DNA of 64,000 bases from Heterodontus francisci. Its lineage: Eukaryota. Shown one piece after another: positions 51,409-63,799 of this stretch. The stretch spans positions 104,932,907-104,996,906 of the forward strand of contig NC_090377.1 in NCBI RefSeq assembly GCF_036365525.1, given 5' to 3'. The notes under the pieces were generated by a model. That model did not search any database. It was not told the DNA's origin and saw only the letters and a list, made by a program, of their open reading frames with translations. A program made the translations under genes and the position numbers. The first letter of the stretch is position 1; every line of letters begins with the position of its first letter.

Positions 51409-53089
51409 AATACTCCAGTTGAGGTTGAACCAGGGTTTTGTAAAGGTTCATTATTAGTTCCTTGCTTTTGTGCTCTATATTTATAAAGCCCAGGACCCCT
51501 ATGCTGGCTTAACTACTTTGTCACCCTTCCTGCCACCTTCAATGATTTGTGCACATATACCCCGAAGTTCCTCTGCTGCTTAATCCTTTAGTTTCCATTG
51601 CCTCTCCTCGTTCTTGCTACAAAAATGTATCTCATCACACTTCTCTGCATTAACTTTTGTCTGCCACGTGTCCACCCATTCCACCAACCTGTCTATATCC
51701 TCTTGAAGTCTGATATCATCACAGTTCCCAATACTTCCAAGTTTTGTGTCATCTGTAACTTTTGAAATGGTGCCGTGTATCCAAGTCTAGGTCATTAATA
51801 TATATCAAGAGAAGCATTGGTCCCAGTATGGAACCCTGGGGGAACCCCACTATATACCTTCCTTTAGACAGAAAAACTACTCTCTATTTCCTGTCACTCA
51901 GCCATGTATCAAAGCTGCCACTGTCCTTTATTATTCCATGGGCTTTAGCTTTGCTGGCAAGCCTATTATGTGGCACTTTATGTAATGCCTTTTGGAAGTC
52001 CATGTACACCGCAACAACTGCATTACCCTCATCAATCCTCTCTGTTACCTCATCAAAGAACACAATCAAGTTTGTTAAACACGATTTGCTTTTAAAAAAT
52101 CTGTGCTGGCTTTCCTTGATTAATACACCTTTGTCCAAGTGCCTGTTAATCTTGTCCTGGATTATCATTTCTAAAAGCTTTCCCACAGCCAAGGATAAAC
52201 TGACTGGCTTGTCATTGCTGGGTTTAACTTTACACCTTTTTTTGAACAAGGGTGTAACGTTTGCGAGTCTCAACAGCAAGCCTTTCTAAAACCTCATCTT
52301 CATCAATTTTTAGCCCATCCTGTGTCTCAACTGCCTCCTCTTTGACTTTGACTTTGACTTTATTTCAAATGTGACAGAGACGTCTGATGACAGTCATGTT
52401 TCATGTCATTGGAAAGGCAAAAAGATGATGAAGGATTTTTCCTGCATTGAAAGCTGTAATTTATATGTTTGTTTTCCCTTTCATTCTGTTTGCTTAACAG
52501 CCCTGCCAGTCATGTTACTATTTGAATTGTCAGGATTTTCCAACTTGCTTTAAAGAAACACATGCTTGCAGGAAGTAAATATTGCTCCCAAGTGTAGCAA
52601 TGTCTAAGGTAAAGATGCTTAGATCAAATCCTGTGCTGTGGACCAATTTGTGCTTACTTTTAAGTTAATTTTCTTTTAAACCATCTTTCTTTTTATGCCC
52701 TTATATCTGTCACCTCTGCAGTGTTTTGTTTGAGCAGGACAATAGCACCTTCTGATGAATTTCCTATCACCACCTCTCATTTCAGCTAATGTTTTACAAA
52801 ATGTCACGATGCTCTCTTTCTGCCACCACCATTGATGAAATATTCCACTGCAAAGTTGATAGGAGCTGATGAAACCGAAGTTTAGTTTGAAGATAGCATT
52901 CGATTACAGACCTATCAAGGGAGCTTAATTCTGTATTGCAGCCATTTTAAAAACGACCAAATTTATGACAGGCTTCAAAATGTGGGCCCCATATATCCTT
53001 GTATGTTCTGCCAGACACTTGCCATAACTCCGGAGAGGTGTCCCTGCAACAAAAAGGGTTCCTTTGTGGAGTTCCTCCTAACTCTGGCG

Positions 53090-53705
53090 GTGAAGTAATA
53101 GTGATATATTTCCAAGACAGGATAGAATGTGGATTGGAGGGGAACATGCAGATGGTGGGGTTTCCATGCACCTGCTGCCCTCGTACTTCTTGGTGGTAGA
53201 GGTTGCAGGCTTGGAAGATACTGTCGGAGGGGCCTTGACGAGTTGCTGCAGTGCATCTTGTATATTGTACGCACTGCAGCCACAGTAGTGGAGGAAATGA
53301 ATATTAATTTTATTTATTTATTTAAGATGGTAGATGTGATGCAGGCAAACAGGTTGCTTTGTTCTGGATGATGCTGAGCTTCCTGAGTGTTGTTGGAGCT
53401 GCACTCATCCAGGCAAGTGGAGAGTATTCCATCACACTGCTAACTTCTGCCTTGTAGATGGTGGACAGGCTTTGGGAAGTCAGGAGATGAATTACTCACA
53501 ACAGAATTCCCACTCTTTGACCTACTTGTATAATCACAGTATTTATGTGACAGGTCCAGTTAAGTTTCTAGTCAATGGTAATGCCCATGATGCTGATGTT
53601 GGGGAATTCAGCGATAGTAATGCTTTTGAATATTAAGGGGAGATAGTTAGATTCTCTTTTGTTGGAGATGGTCATTGCCTGTGACTTGTGTGGCACATAT
53701 GTTAC
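53090..53705 (-). mobile_element. Older internal fragment of the tRNA-headed LINE family
   Basis: AAVRTIYKMHCSNSSRPLRQYLP; corresponds to about 9410-9975. Confidence 0.8.
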
Positions 53706-54074
53706 TTAAGTTAAATATTACTTAAATGTTACAATTGTGTGGAACCAGGAGTGGGAATTCCCTGTGCTGAGAGTTCCACTTGCCCGATCCAACCTGGAAC
53801 AGAATAATAAGACTAGATTTTTAAAAAATTCTAGCTTGGTCTTCTTCCACAGGTGCCCATCGGGCACTTAGTTGAGTCTTACGAGAGGGGTTGTGGAGAG
53901 TGGGAGGCTAGCCTGGGCATTCCCCACTTCCTGATGTTGGCCAAGCACCATATTTCTCAGCAGCTTGGGGCAAGTGAGTACTGAAGATGCTGCAGTAATG
54001 TTGTTTGTGTCCACTGCCGCCATGCTAATTAGGTGACATCCCAGTAATCCTAGTGGTTTTGGTTCGATACCACA

Positions 54075-54310
54075 TATATACATAGTATTTACAGCACAGA
54101 ACCAAGCTATCCAACCCAGCTGGTAGTTTATGCTCCACATGAGCCTGTTCACCCTTCTCAATCTAGCCCTCTCAGCATAACCCTCTATTCCTTTCTCCCT
54201 CGTGTACTTATCAAGCTTCTTCTTAAATGCATCTGTGCTATTTGTGACAGCTATTCCATGTGGTAGTAAGTTCCACATTCTGAATAAAGATGTTTTTCCT
54301 GAATTCCTTA
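54075..54310 (-). mobile_element. Decayed CR1 3' end
   Basis: WNLLP..DAFKKKLDKY..GIEGY. Confidence 0.7.
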
Positions 54311-55015
54311 TTGGATTTAATACTGGAGGGTACTTCTCTCCCTTGCACCAGAACCTTTTCTTCTCTCCACCTTCAACCTTATTTGTTTACGTTCCAGTTT
54401 GATATCCATTGTTCTTTCATCCTTGAGATGCTGTCTCTTACAGAAAGAACATTGCAAAAATGGAAGTTGTTATAAATGTGACATATGTATTTGATATTGA
54501 CATATCTTGAAAACACAATTGTAAAGTTGGGTATAATTTGGCTTACTGTGTCTCTTGTTCTAAACACAATTTGAAAAAGATGAGGATCTTTATTGACAGA
54601 ATGTTATTTTGTCAAGTTTGCTTGGAGACTCATGGTTGTGACGGTTAATCATCTGTTATTCATCATAACCTTGTTGATAACTCTACTTAATATTTCCTAC
54701 AGAAATAAGTCTTTATAAAAATGGAAAAAAATTTGTCAGTTTTGGAATGGATTGTTTACATAAAACATTTCCGATGCATAATTTAACATTTTCTTCACTT
54801 TACAGTGAAAATCTTTTGATTCCTCAGGTTGAACGCTCTGGTCTAACACAGATTTGTCAGCTCTTTGCTTAGTTGAAATATGATATAATTATTCACGCTG
54901 CATGGTAGTAGGATTGGTGGGGGGGGGGGGCGTGGAATGGTAGTTAGTGGAGTAGGTAGGTGGGGAGAAGAGGGAATGGTGAGAGAAAGAGAGTAGGCAG
55001 GTCGATCTCTCCCAA

Positions 55016-55917
55016 ATAAAAGCAAAATACTGCGGATGCTGGAAATCTGAAATAAAAACAAGAAAAGCTGGAAATACTCAGCAGATCTAGCAGCATCTGT
55101 GGAGAGAGAAGCAGTTTTAACATTTCAGGTCAGTGACCCTTCTTCAGAACTGGCAGATATAAGAAATGTAAAATATTTTAAGCAAGTAAAGTGGGAGTCG
55201 GGCAAGAGATAACAAGAGAGGTGTTGACAAGGTCACAGAATAGCTGACCAGGAGCTCGTCGAGCAAAGGCAAACAATATATTAATGGTATGCCGAAAGAC
55301 AAAGCATTAGTACAGATAGGGTGTTAATGGACTGAAATTGAACCACCACAAGCATAAATGTGAAAAAAACAGTGGGTAGGCACAGTAGAAACAACCTGAA
55401 CAAACTAAAATAAAATAAACACAAAAAAGAAATAAGAAAAAAAGAAGTAAAAGTAAAATGGGGGGCCCATCAGATCATGTTTTCAGAGCTTGACGGGCCC
55501 CCCATTTTACTTTCACTTTTAATTTTGCTTTTAGTTTTTTATTTTTTGTGTTTATTTCATTTTAGCTCGTTCAGTTTGTTTCTACTGTGCTTACCCACTT
55601 TTTTCATGTTTGTGCTTGTGGCCGTTCAGTTTTCAGTCTATTAACACCCTATCTGTACTAATGCTTTGTCTTTCAGCACACCATTAACATGTTGTTTGCC
55701 TTTGCTCAATGACCTTCTGGTCAGTTATTCTGTGACCTTGTCCTATCAACACCTCTTTTGTTATCTCTTGCCCCACTCCCGCTTTACTTGCTTAAAATCT
55801 TTTACATTTCTTATATCTGCCAGTTCTGAAGAAGGGTCACTGACCTGAAACGTTAACTCTGCTTCTCTCCCCACAGATGCTGCCAGACCTGCTGAGTATT
55901 TCCAGCATTGCTTATCT
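55016..55917. mobile_element. Penelope-like element end plus long inverted copy (about 900-bp fold-back) with 11-bp TSD
   Basis: About 55058-55472 is the reverse complement of about 55491-55913; ATCTCTCCCAA at 55005-55015 and 55918-55928. Confidence 0.85.
55822..55858 (+). ncRNA. Minimal type I hammerhead ribozyme motif (intact core)
   Basis: AGTT-CTGAAGA-AGGGTCACTGACCT-GAAA-CGTT-AACT: stem I AGUU/AACU, CUGAnGA and GAAA core, palindromic stem III, GUU triplet. Confidence 0.7.
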
Positions 55918-56184
55918 ATCTCTCCCAACATGTCCACCCTTCAACGTGGTTATCACTGCCCCACTGAGATCAAAATCATGAAACTAAGGCACATTGATGA
56001 AAGAAATCTGAAGGAATTTAATTAATTCCATACACTCATGCTACATTAATAATAGATTTGGTGTAATGTGACTGTGAACAAAACAAATCATCAATGATAT
56101 ATACAACCATTGAGTTATGGAAATATGATATGTGAAATATAACAAAAAAGTCTGTGCCAAAGTATCTCTGTCCTTGGAATGGAA

Positions 56185-56586
56185 TTTTTTTTATTTGTTT
56201 ATGGAATATGGGCGTCGCTGGACAGCATTTATTGCCCATCCCCAATTGCCCTTGAACTGAGTGCTTGCTAAGCCATTTCAGAGGGCATTTAAGAGTCAAT
56301 CACATTACTGTGGGTCTGGAGTCACATGTAAGTCATATGTAGGCCGGACCAGGTAAGGACGGCAGAATTCCTTCCCTAAAGGACATTAGTGAACCAGATG
56401 GGTTTTTACAACGATCGACAATGGTTTCATGGTCATCATTAGACTAGCTCTTTAATTCCAGATTTATTAATTGAATTCAAGTTTCGCCATCTGTCACGGT
56501 GAGATTTGAACCCATGTTCCCAATGTACTAGCCTGGGCCTCTGCATTGCTAGTCTAGTGACGTTACCACTATGCCACCTCTTCCCC
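56185..56586 (-). mobile_element. tRNA-headed SINE, second copy
   Basis: Reverse complement of 50852 copy, same junction CACTCAGTTCAAGGGCAATT. Confidence 0.9.
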
Positions 56587-57320
56587 TACGTTGACTACAA
56601 AGTCCTTATTCAGAATCTAGGCTGATGATCAGTGTTGGAGGAAGGCTATCACAGAGGGGACTACATAATAGGATGGAGAAACGAAAGCTGAAGTAATACT
56701 TTTGGTTATGTCAGAGCAGCAGGACAAGGTTCAAGTTTGCAAAGGGCAGAGTTAAGACAGATGTCATAAAGTATTCCTTTACAAAGAGGGTTATCAGGTA
56801 GAGTGGATTGCCAGGAATGGTGGTTGTGGTTGAAGTCAGAACATTAAACTAATTTAAGAAATAGCTGGATTCTGTAATGTGAAGGTGGTAGGAATGGTAT
56901 TCTGGAAGGATGACATCAAACTGGCAAAAGGTTTGGAGGAAAAGGCTGCAATTTGTGATCTTGTTTACTGGCATTATGCATTGTGTGTTTTGAAGTAATG
57001 TATTATGGAAGTATGATAAACCTTTCCACTTGTATATGTTCTCATTTTGTTGGTATTTTCTGTTTGCTAAATGGTTTTGATGGAGCAGATTAGTCCCGTT
57101 TACATGAAGTTGTGAAAATTTTGCATTGATTAATTTGATTATGCAAGCGACTAATTCTTTGAATTAAACAAAGCAGTGGTAAAAGTCAATGTGATTGTAT
57201 TTAGTCAGCAGGATGAGATTTTAAACCAACGTCCTATTTATCCTGTTGGCCAGAAAAGATCCTATGACACTATTCAAAGCAAAACAGGGAATCCTTCCAG
57301 TGTCCTGGCCAACGTTTATC

Positions 57321-59840
57321 AAAGAACAAAGAACAGTACAGCACAGGAACAGGCTATTCGGCCCTCCAAGCCTGCGCTGATCTTGATGCTTGCCTAAACT
57401 AAAACCTTCTGCACTTCCGGGGACCGTATCCCTCTATTCCCATCCTATTCATGTATTTGTCAATATGCCTCTTCAACGTTGCTATCGTACCTGCTTCCAC
57501 CACCTCCCCCAGCAGCAAGTTCCAGGCACTCACCACCCTCTGTGTAAAGAACTTGCCTCGCACATCCCCTCTAAACTTTGCCCCTCTCACTTAAACCTAT
57601 GTCCCCTAGTAACTGACTCTTCCACCCTGGGAAAAAGCTTCTGACTATCCACTCTGTCCATGTTGCTCATAACTTTGTAAACCTCTATCATGTCGCCCCT
57701 CCACCTCCGTCGGTCCAGTGAAAACAATCCGAGTTTATCCAACCTCTCCTCATAGCTAATGCACTCCAGACCAGGCAACATCCTGGTAAACCTCTTCTGT
57801 ACCCTCTCCAAAGCCTCCACGTCCTTCTGGTAGTGTGGCGACCAGAATTGCACGCAATATGCTAACTGTGGCCTAACTGAAGTTCTGTACAGCTGCAACA
57901 TGACTTGCCAATTTTTATACTGTATGCCCCGACCGATGGAGGCAAGCATGCCGTATGCCTTCTTGACTACCTTATCCACCTGCGTTGCCACTTTCAGTGA
58001 CCTGTGGACCTGTACGCCCAGATCTCTCTGCCTGTCAATACTCCTAAGGGTTCTGCCATTTACTGTATACTTCCAACCTGCACTAGACCTTCCAAAATAC
58101 ATTACCTCACATTTGTCCGGATTAAACTCCATCTGCCATTTCTCCGCCCAAGTCTCCAACCAACCTGTATCCTGCTGTATCCTCTGACAATCCTCATCAC
58201 TATCCGCAACTCCACCAACCTTTGTGTCGTCCGCAAACTTACTAATCAGACCAGCTACATTTTCCTCCAAATCATTTATATATACTACAAACAGCAAAGG
58301 TCCCAGCACTGATCCCTACGGAACACCACTAGTCACATCCCTCCATTCAGAAAAGCACCCTTCCACTGCTACCCTCTGTCTTCTATGACTGAACCAGTTC
58401 TGTATCCATCTTGCCAGCTCACCTCTGATCCCGTGTGACTTCACCTTTTGTACCAGTCTGCCATGAGGGACCTTGTCAAAGGCTTTACTGAAGTCCATAT
58501 AGATAACATCCACTGCCCTTCCTTCATCAATCATCTTTGTCACTTCCTCAAAAAACTCAAATCAAATTTGAGGGGCGGCACAATGGCGCAGTGGTTAGCA
58601 CCGCAGCCTCACAGCTCCAGCGACCTGGGTTCAATTCTGGGTCCTGCCTGTGTGGAGTTTGCAAGTTCTCCCTGTGTCTGCGTGGGTTTCCTCTGGGTGC
58701 TCCGGTTTCCTCCCACATGCCAAAGACTTGCTGGTTGATAGGTTAATTGGACATTATAAATTGCCCCTAGTATAGGAAGGTGGTAGGGAAATATAGGGAC
58801 AGGTGGGGATGTGGTAGGGATATGGAATTAGTGTAGGATTAGTATAAATGGGTGGTTGATGGTCAGCACAGACTCGGTGGGCCGAAGGGCCTGCTTCAGT
58901 GCTGTATCTCTAAACTAAACTAAACTAAACTAAATTAGTGAGACACGACCTCCCCTTCACAAAACCATGCTGCCTCTTGCTAATAAATTAATTTGTTTCC
59001 AGATGGGAGTAAATCCTGCCCCGAAGAATCCTCTCCAATAATTTCCCTACCACTGACGTAAGGCTCACCGGCCTATAATTTCCTGGATTATCCTTGCTAC
59101 CCTTTTTAAACAAAGGAACAACATTGGCTGTTCTCCAGTCCTCTGGGACCTCACCTGTAGTCAATGAGGATGCAAAGATTTCTGTCAAGGCCCCAGAAAT
59201 TTCTTCCCTTGCCTCCCTCAGTATTCTGGGGTAGATCCCATCAGGCCCTGGGTACTTATCTACCTTAATGCTTTGCAAGACACCCAACACCACCTCCTTT
59301 TCGATAATGAGATGACTGAGACTATCTGCACTCCCTTCCCTAGGCTCATCATCCACCAAGTCCTTCTCTTTGGTGAATTCTGATGCAAAGTACTCATTTA
59401 TTACCTTGCCTATTTCTTCTGGCTCCACACATAGATTCCCTTCTCTGTCCTTGAGTGGGCCAACCCTTTCCCTCGTTACCCTCTTGCTCTTTATATACGT
59501 ATAAAAAGCCTTGGGATTTTCCTTAATCCTGTTTGCCAATGACTTTTGTGACCCCTTTTAGCCCTCCTGACTCCCTGCTTAAGTTCCTTCCTACTGTCTT
59601 TATATTCCTCAAGGGATTTGTCTGTTCCTAGCCTTCCAGCCCTTACGAATGCTTCCTTTTTCTTTTTGACTAGGCTCTCAATATCCCGCGTTATCCAAGG
59701 TTCCCGAAACTTGCCAAACTTATCCTTCTTCCTCACAGGAACATGCTAGTCCTGGATTCTAATCAACAGACATTTGAAAGACTCCCACATGTCAGATGTT
59801 GATTTACCCTCAAACAGCCGCCCCCAATCTAAATTCTTCA
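57321..59840 (-). mobile_element. Young 5'-truncated CR1 (HER1-like)
   Basis: Long clean frames: NYRPVSLTSVVGKLLE, YMDFSKAFDKVPH, LGPLLFVVYINDL..SKFADDTK; (AAAGAAC)n tail in reverse. Confidence 0.95.
58572..58935 (+). mobile_element. Full-length HE1-type V-SINE nested in CR1
   Basis: GGGGCGGCACAATGGCGCAGTGG head, (CTAAA)n tail. Confidence 0.92.
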
Positions 59841-60269
59841 TTAAATCTATCCTTCACGCGACATCATTAAAAGAGATAATTTGTGTCATTGCTGTTTGAC
59901 AAATCAGCTGCTGCATTCCCTTACACTTTAATTCATTGACCATAAAGTGCTTCATGATGTGCAAAGATGCTATATAAATGTAAGTTCTTCCTTTCGGATG
60001 AAGACTTGATGAAATTCTTAAACTGATAGCTAAAAATGTATTGCCAGGAATGGCTGCTTGTGGTTTCATGGTGTTGTCAAATCACAGAAAATAACTGCTA
60101 ACCTAATTGAAAGATTGTGTCTGTGGCAGCTTAAACAGAAATTTCCAGACTTATAATCAATATTCTAAGATTTCTCAACCAAATCTATTAAGACCAAAAA
60201 GCTAATGTTCAAACATTAGTTGCATTTGTGGCTTCATGTAAGCACTTTCATTGATTGGCCGCATGGATG

Positions 60270-60575
60270 GAAGATTTGTTTCAGAAATGTTGTTTATATG
60301 GATTATAAGAAAGCCTTTGACAAACTACCACATAAAACCAAATTGAGATGCATGGAATAGGAGGGTCAGTGTCCGATTGGATAAAAAAAAAATGTCTAAA
60401 GGACAGAAACCAGTGAATCTTAGTAAATGGTTATTTTTCAGACTGGAGGATGGTAGACAGTGGTGTTCACCAAGGGTCATTGCTGGGGCCACTTTTTTTT
60501 TGCTATATATAACTGACTTGGATCTTGGAATACAGAGTAGAATCTCAAAATTTGCCAATGATACCAAACTTGAAG
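60270..60575 (+). mobile_element. Decayed CR1 RT fragment
   Basis: KAFDK, LYITDLDLG..ISKFANDTKL. Confidence 0.65.
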
Positions 60576-60597
60576 GACTGGACTGCCAGACAGCCAA

Positions 60598-60950
60598 GGT
60601 CGACACATTGGCCCAGTGGTTAGCACCGCAGCCTCACAGCTACAGCGACCCGGGTTCAGTTCAGGGTACTGCCTGTGCGGAGTTTGCACATTCTCCCTGT
60701 GACCGCGTGGGTTTCCGCCAGGTGCTCCGGTTTCCTCCCACAGCCAAAGACATGCAGGTTGATAAGTAAATTGGCCATTGTAAATTGCCTCAAATGTAGG
60801 TAAGTGGTAGGAGAATGGTTGGGATTTGGTAGGGACTATGGGATTAATGTAGGATTATTATAAATGGGTGGTTGTTGGTTGGCACAGACTCGGTGGGCCG
60901 AAGGGCCTGTTTCAGTGCAGTATCTCTAAATAAATAAAATAAATAAATAG
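60598..60950 (+). mobile_element. HE1-type V-SINE
   Basis: Same head, V domain and tail as other copies. Confidence 0.9.
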
Positions 60951-61689
60951 TTTTGCAGGCATGTTTACTCATTGGCATCTGCTTTTGACATAGGTTTTGC
61001 AGCAACTGAATTGGTTAAAACTATGGTAGGATTGTTGCCAATCTACCAAATCTGGAATTTTCTTTGGCCATGATATAGGCCTTTAAAGCTGATTTTCAGA
61101 TATTCAAATTTTTCTTTTCGGAAAAGATTTATGGGCATAAAGAGACAGTGGCAGAAAGCAAATCAACAGTTTAAAACAGTACAGAAAATAGGATGAGGAT
61201 AAGTAGAAAGAGCAAGACTTAAGTTAAAAGAGCAATGAGCACAGATAGAATTGTGTTTTACCTGTAAAATTGTACTCAAGGTGTTAATTAATATAATACT
61301 GCCATTCTTGATTAAGCAAATTTATTACTGTAAAATTTTTAACATCATAGTATATCAGCTGAAAACAAAATGAATCTCCCTGAATTTGTTGTATTCCTTT
61401 ATCAATTTCCACAGACAGCGTACAGTGTAAACTCACCCGGATGGTGAACAGTAGTTGTGCGGAGTGATTTTGAGATGCTGGAACTATTTCCACTGGAGCA
61501 GCAAGGTGTTGAGGTGATTTAGTAGAGGGGTTTAATAATGTGAGTAAGGCAAGAATATTTGGAGAGTCAGTGACGAGTACTCATCAGTGTAAAATTGTCA
61601 CTGAGAGTAAGGAGAGAGCTAGGAAAAGAATCTTCATGTAGGATTATTAGAGCATGAAATGCTTTACCACAGGAGTGGTTAAGAGAGCA

Positions 61690-62080
61690 ACCACTTTGTC
61701 CTTGTCCTCATCGATAGTCTTTAGAGATGGGATCAAAGTTCAGTTCAGTGTACATTTCAAAAGCGGCAGAGATGACGTGGAGGAATAATGGCCAGTGGTC
61801 ATGATCATAGATGTGCTGTGGCACAGACGGAGAGATTCAAACGGGAGTTGTATGAAAGATGAGTATGGATTTGAGACCAAAACGGCACGTTCGAGGACTT
61901 TGCAGAGGAAAGGAAAATTGGCGGCGAGTTGGTAATTTGCAATGACAGTAGTCAGAATTGGTTTTGCTTGAGGGGTTAGTGATAATTCTTAATGGGAGGG
62001 GGCAGTACTGTAACATGGCCAGACTCCACCCTTGCATCAGCTTACCTGCTGCTGAAACCCTCTTTCATGCCTTTCATGCT
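61690..62080. mobile_element. Decayed L2 RT fragments in both orientations
   Basis: Minus FPFLCKVLERAV at about 61880-61915; plus NMARLHPCIS..AAETLFHAF at about 62012-62075. Confidence 0.5.
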
Positions 62081-62092
62081 CTTTCCTCTTTC

Positions 62093-63405
62093 AGGACTAA
62101 CCTCCACTTGGAGAGGCAGGGATTAATCAGGGATAGTCAGCATGACTTTGTCAGGGGGAGATCGTGTCTAACTAACTTGATTGAATTTTTGGAGGAGGTA
62201 GAGGTGTAGATGAGGGTAAAGCATTTGATGCAGTCTACATGGACTTCAGTAAGGCTTTTGATAAAGTCCTGCATGGGAGATTGATTAAGAGGGTAAGAAC
62301 CCATGGGATCCAGGGCAATTTGGCAAATTGGATCCAAAATTGGCTCAGTGGCAGGAGGCAGAGGCTAATGGTCGAGGGTCATTTTTGCGAGTGCTTGCCT
62401 GTGACCAGTGGTCTACCGCAGGGCTCGGTGCAGGGACCCTTGCTGTTTGTAGTGTACATTAATGATTTTGACGTGAATATAGGCGGTATGATAAGTAAGT
62501 TCGGAGATGACGCGAAAATTGGTGGTGTCATAAATAGTGAGGAAGAAAGCCTTAGATTACAGGATGATATAGATGGGCTGATAAGATGGGCGGAGCAGTG
62601 GCAAATGGAATTTAATCCTGAGAAGTGTGAAGTGATGCATTTTGGGAGGACTAACAAGGCAAGGGAATATACAATGGATGGTAGGACCCTAGGAAGTACA
62701 GAAGTGTAGAGGGATCTTGGTGTACTTGTCCATAGATCACTGAAGGCAGCAGTACAGGTAGGTAAGTTGGTTAGGAAGACATATGGGATAATTGCCTTTA
62801 TCAACCGAGGCATACAATATAAGAGCAGGGAGGTTATGATGTAGCTGTATAAAATGCTAGTTAGGCCACAGCTGGCGTACTGTGTACAGTTCTGGTCACC
62901 ACACTATAGGAAGGATGCGATTGCACTGGAGAGGGTGCAGAGGAGATTCACCAGGATGTTGCCTGGGCCGGAGCATTTCAGCTATGAAGAGAGACTGGAT
63001 AGGCTAGGGTTGTTTTCCTTAGAGCAGAGAAGGCTGAGTGGGGACATGATTGAGGTATACAAAATTATGAGGGGAATAGATAGCAAGAAACTTTTTCCCT
63101 TAGCGGAGGTGTCAATAACCAGGGGGCATAGATTTAAGGTAAGGGGCAGGACGTTTAGAGGGGATTTGAGGAAAAAAATTCACCCAGAGAGTGGTTGGAA
63201 TCTGGAAAGCACTGCCTGAAGAGGTGATAGAGGCAGGAACCCTCACAACATTTAAGAAGTATTTAGATGAGCACTTGAAATGCCATAGCATACGAGGCTA
63301 CGGGCCAAGTGCTGGAAAATGGGATTAGAATAGTTAGATGCTTGATGACCGGCATGGACATGATGGTCCGAAGGGCCTGTTTTTGTGCTGTATAACTCTA
63401 TGACT
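62093..63405 (+). mobile_element. 5'-truncated CR1
   Basis: MDFSKAFDKV, PQGSVQGPLLF, VRPQLAYCVQFWSP, tail CTGTATAACTCTATGACT. Confidence 0.92.
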
Positions 63406-63799
63406 GAGTTGAATAATAAAATCCAGTTACCTGTGTCAGTGCATCATAATGATATTTTCTAAACAGACAAGCAATGTGATTGTTCCTGAACTGACAGAAA
63501 TAGTGCAGAAAGGAATTGTATAAGATTAAATTGATATTCTGATTTTTGGCATGTTTATTTTTGAGGAAGGGAGCAACTTTGGAAAACCTGACTATGGGGC
63601 ATTGAATGGACTGTGTTGAGTTTATAATGGGCCAGATTGTAAAAGGAACAGGTTTTATCATCCAAATGGCCTTTTTCGCACTCTTTCGTATTCCTATGTT
63701 CTTGCTGTGAAGTGTGAGGAGTAATTATTGGGTTAACAAGACTGAAACCACTACAGTTGGGATGAGAAACATCAAAAGTGCATCCTTTTTGTCTTTTTT

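Larger units (their letters stand above)
49750..52275 (-). mobile_element. CR1 RT fragments (at least two) with nested TIR element and SINE
   Basis: SGVPQGSVLRPQLFTLYINDL..SKFADDT; CVQFWAPH; YMDFQKALHKVPH. Confidence 0.85.
57205..59990 (+). mobile_element. Deu-domain SINE split by CR1 (57205-57320 and about 59848-59990)
   Basis: AAAAGATCCTATGACACTATT..GTGTCCTGGCCAACGTTTATC then CTATCCTTCA..ACATCATTAAAA..GCTATATAAATGTAAGTT. Confidence 0.65.
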
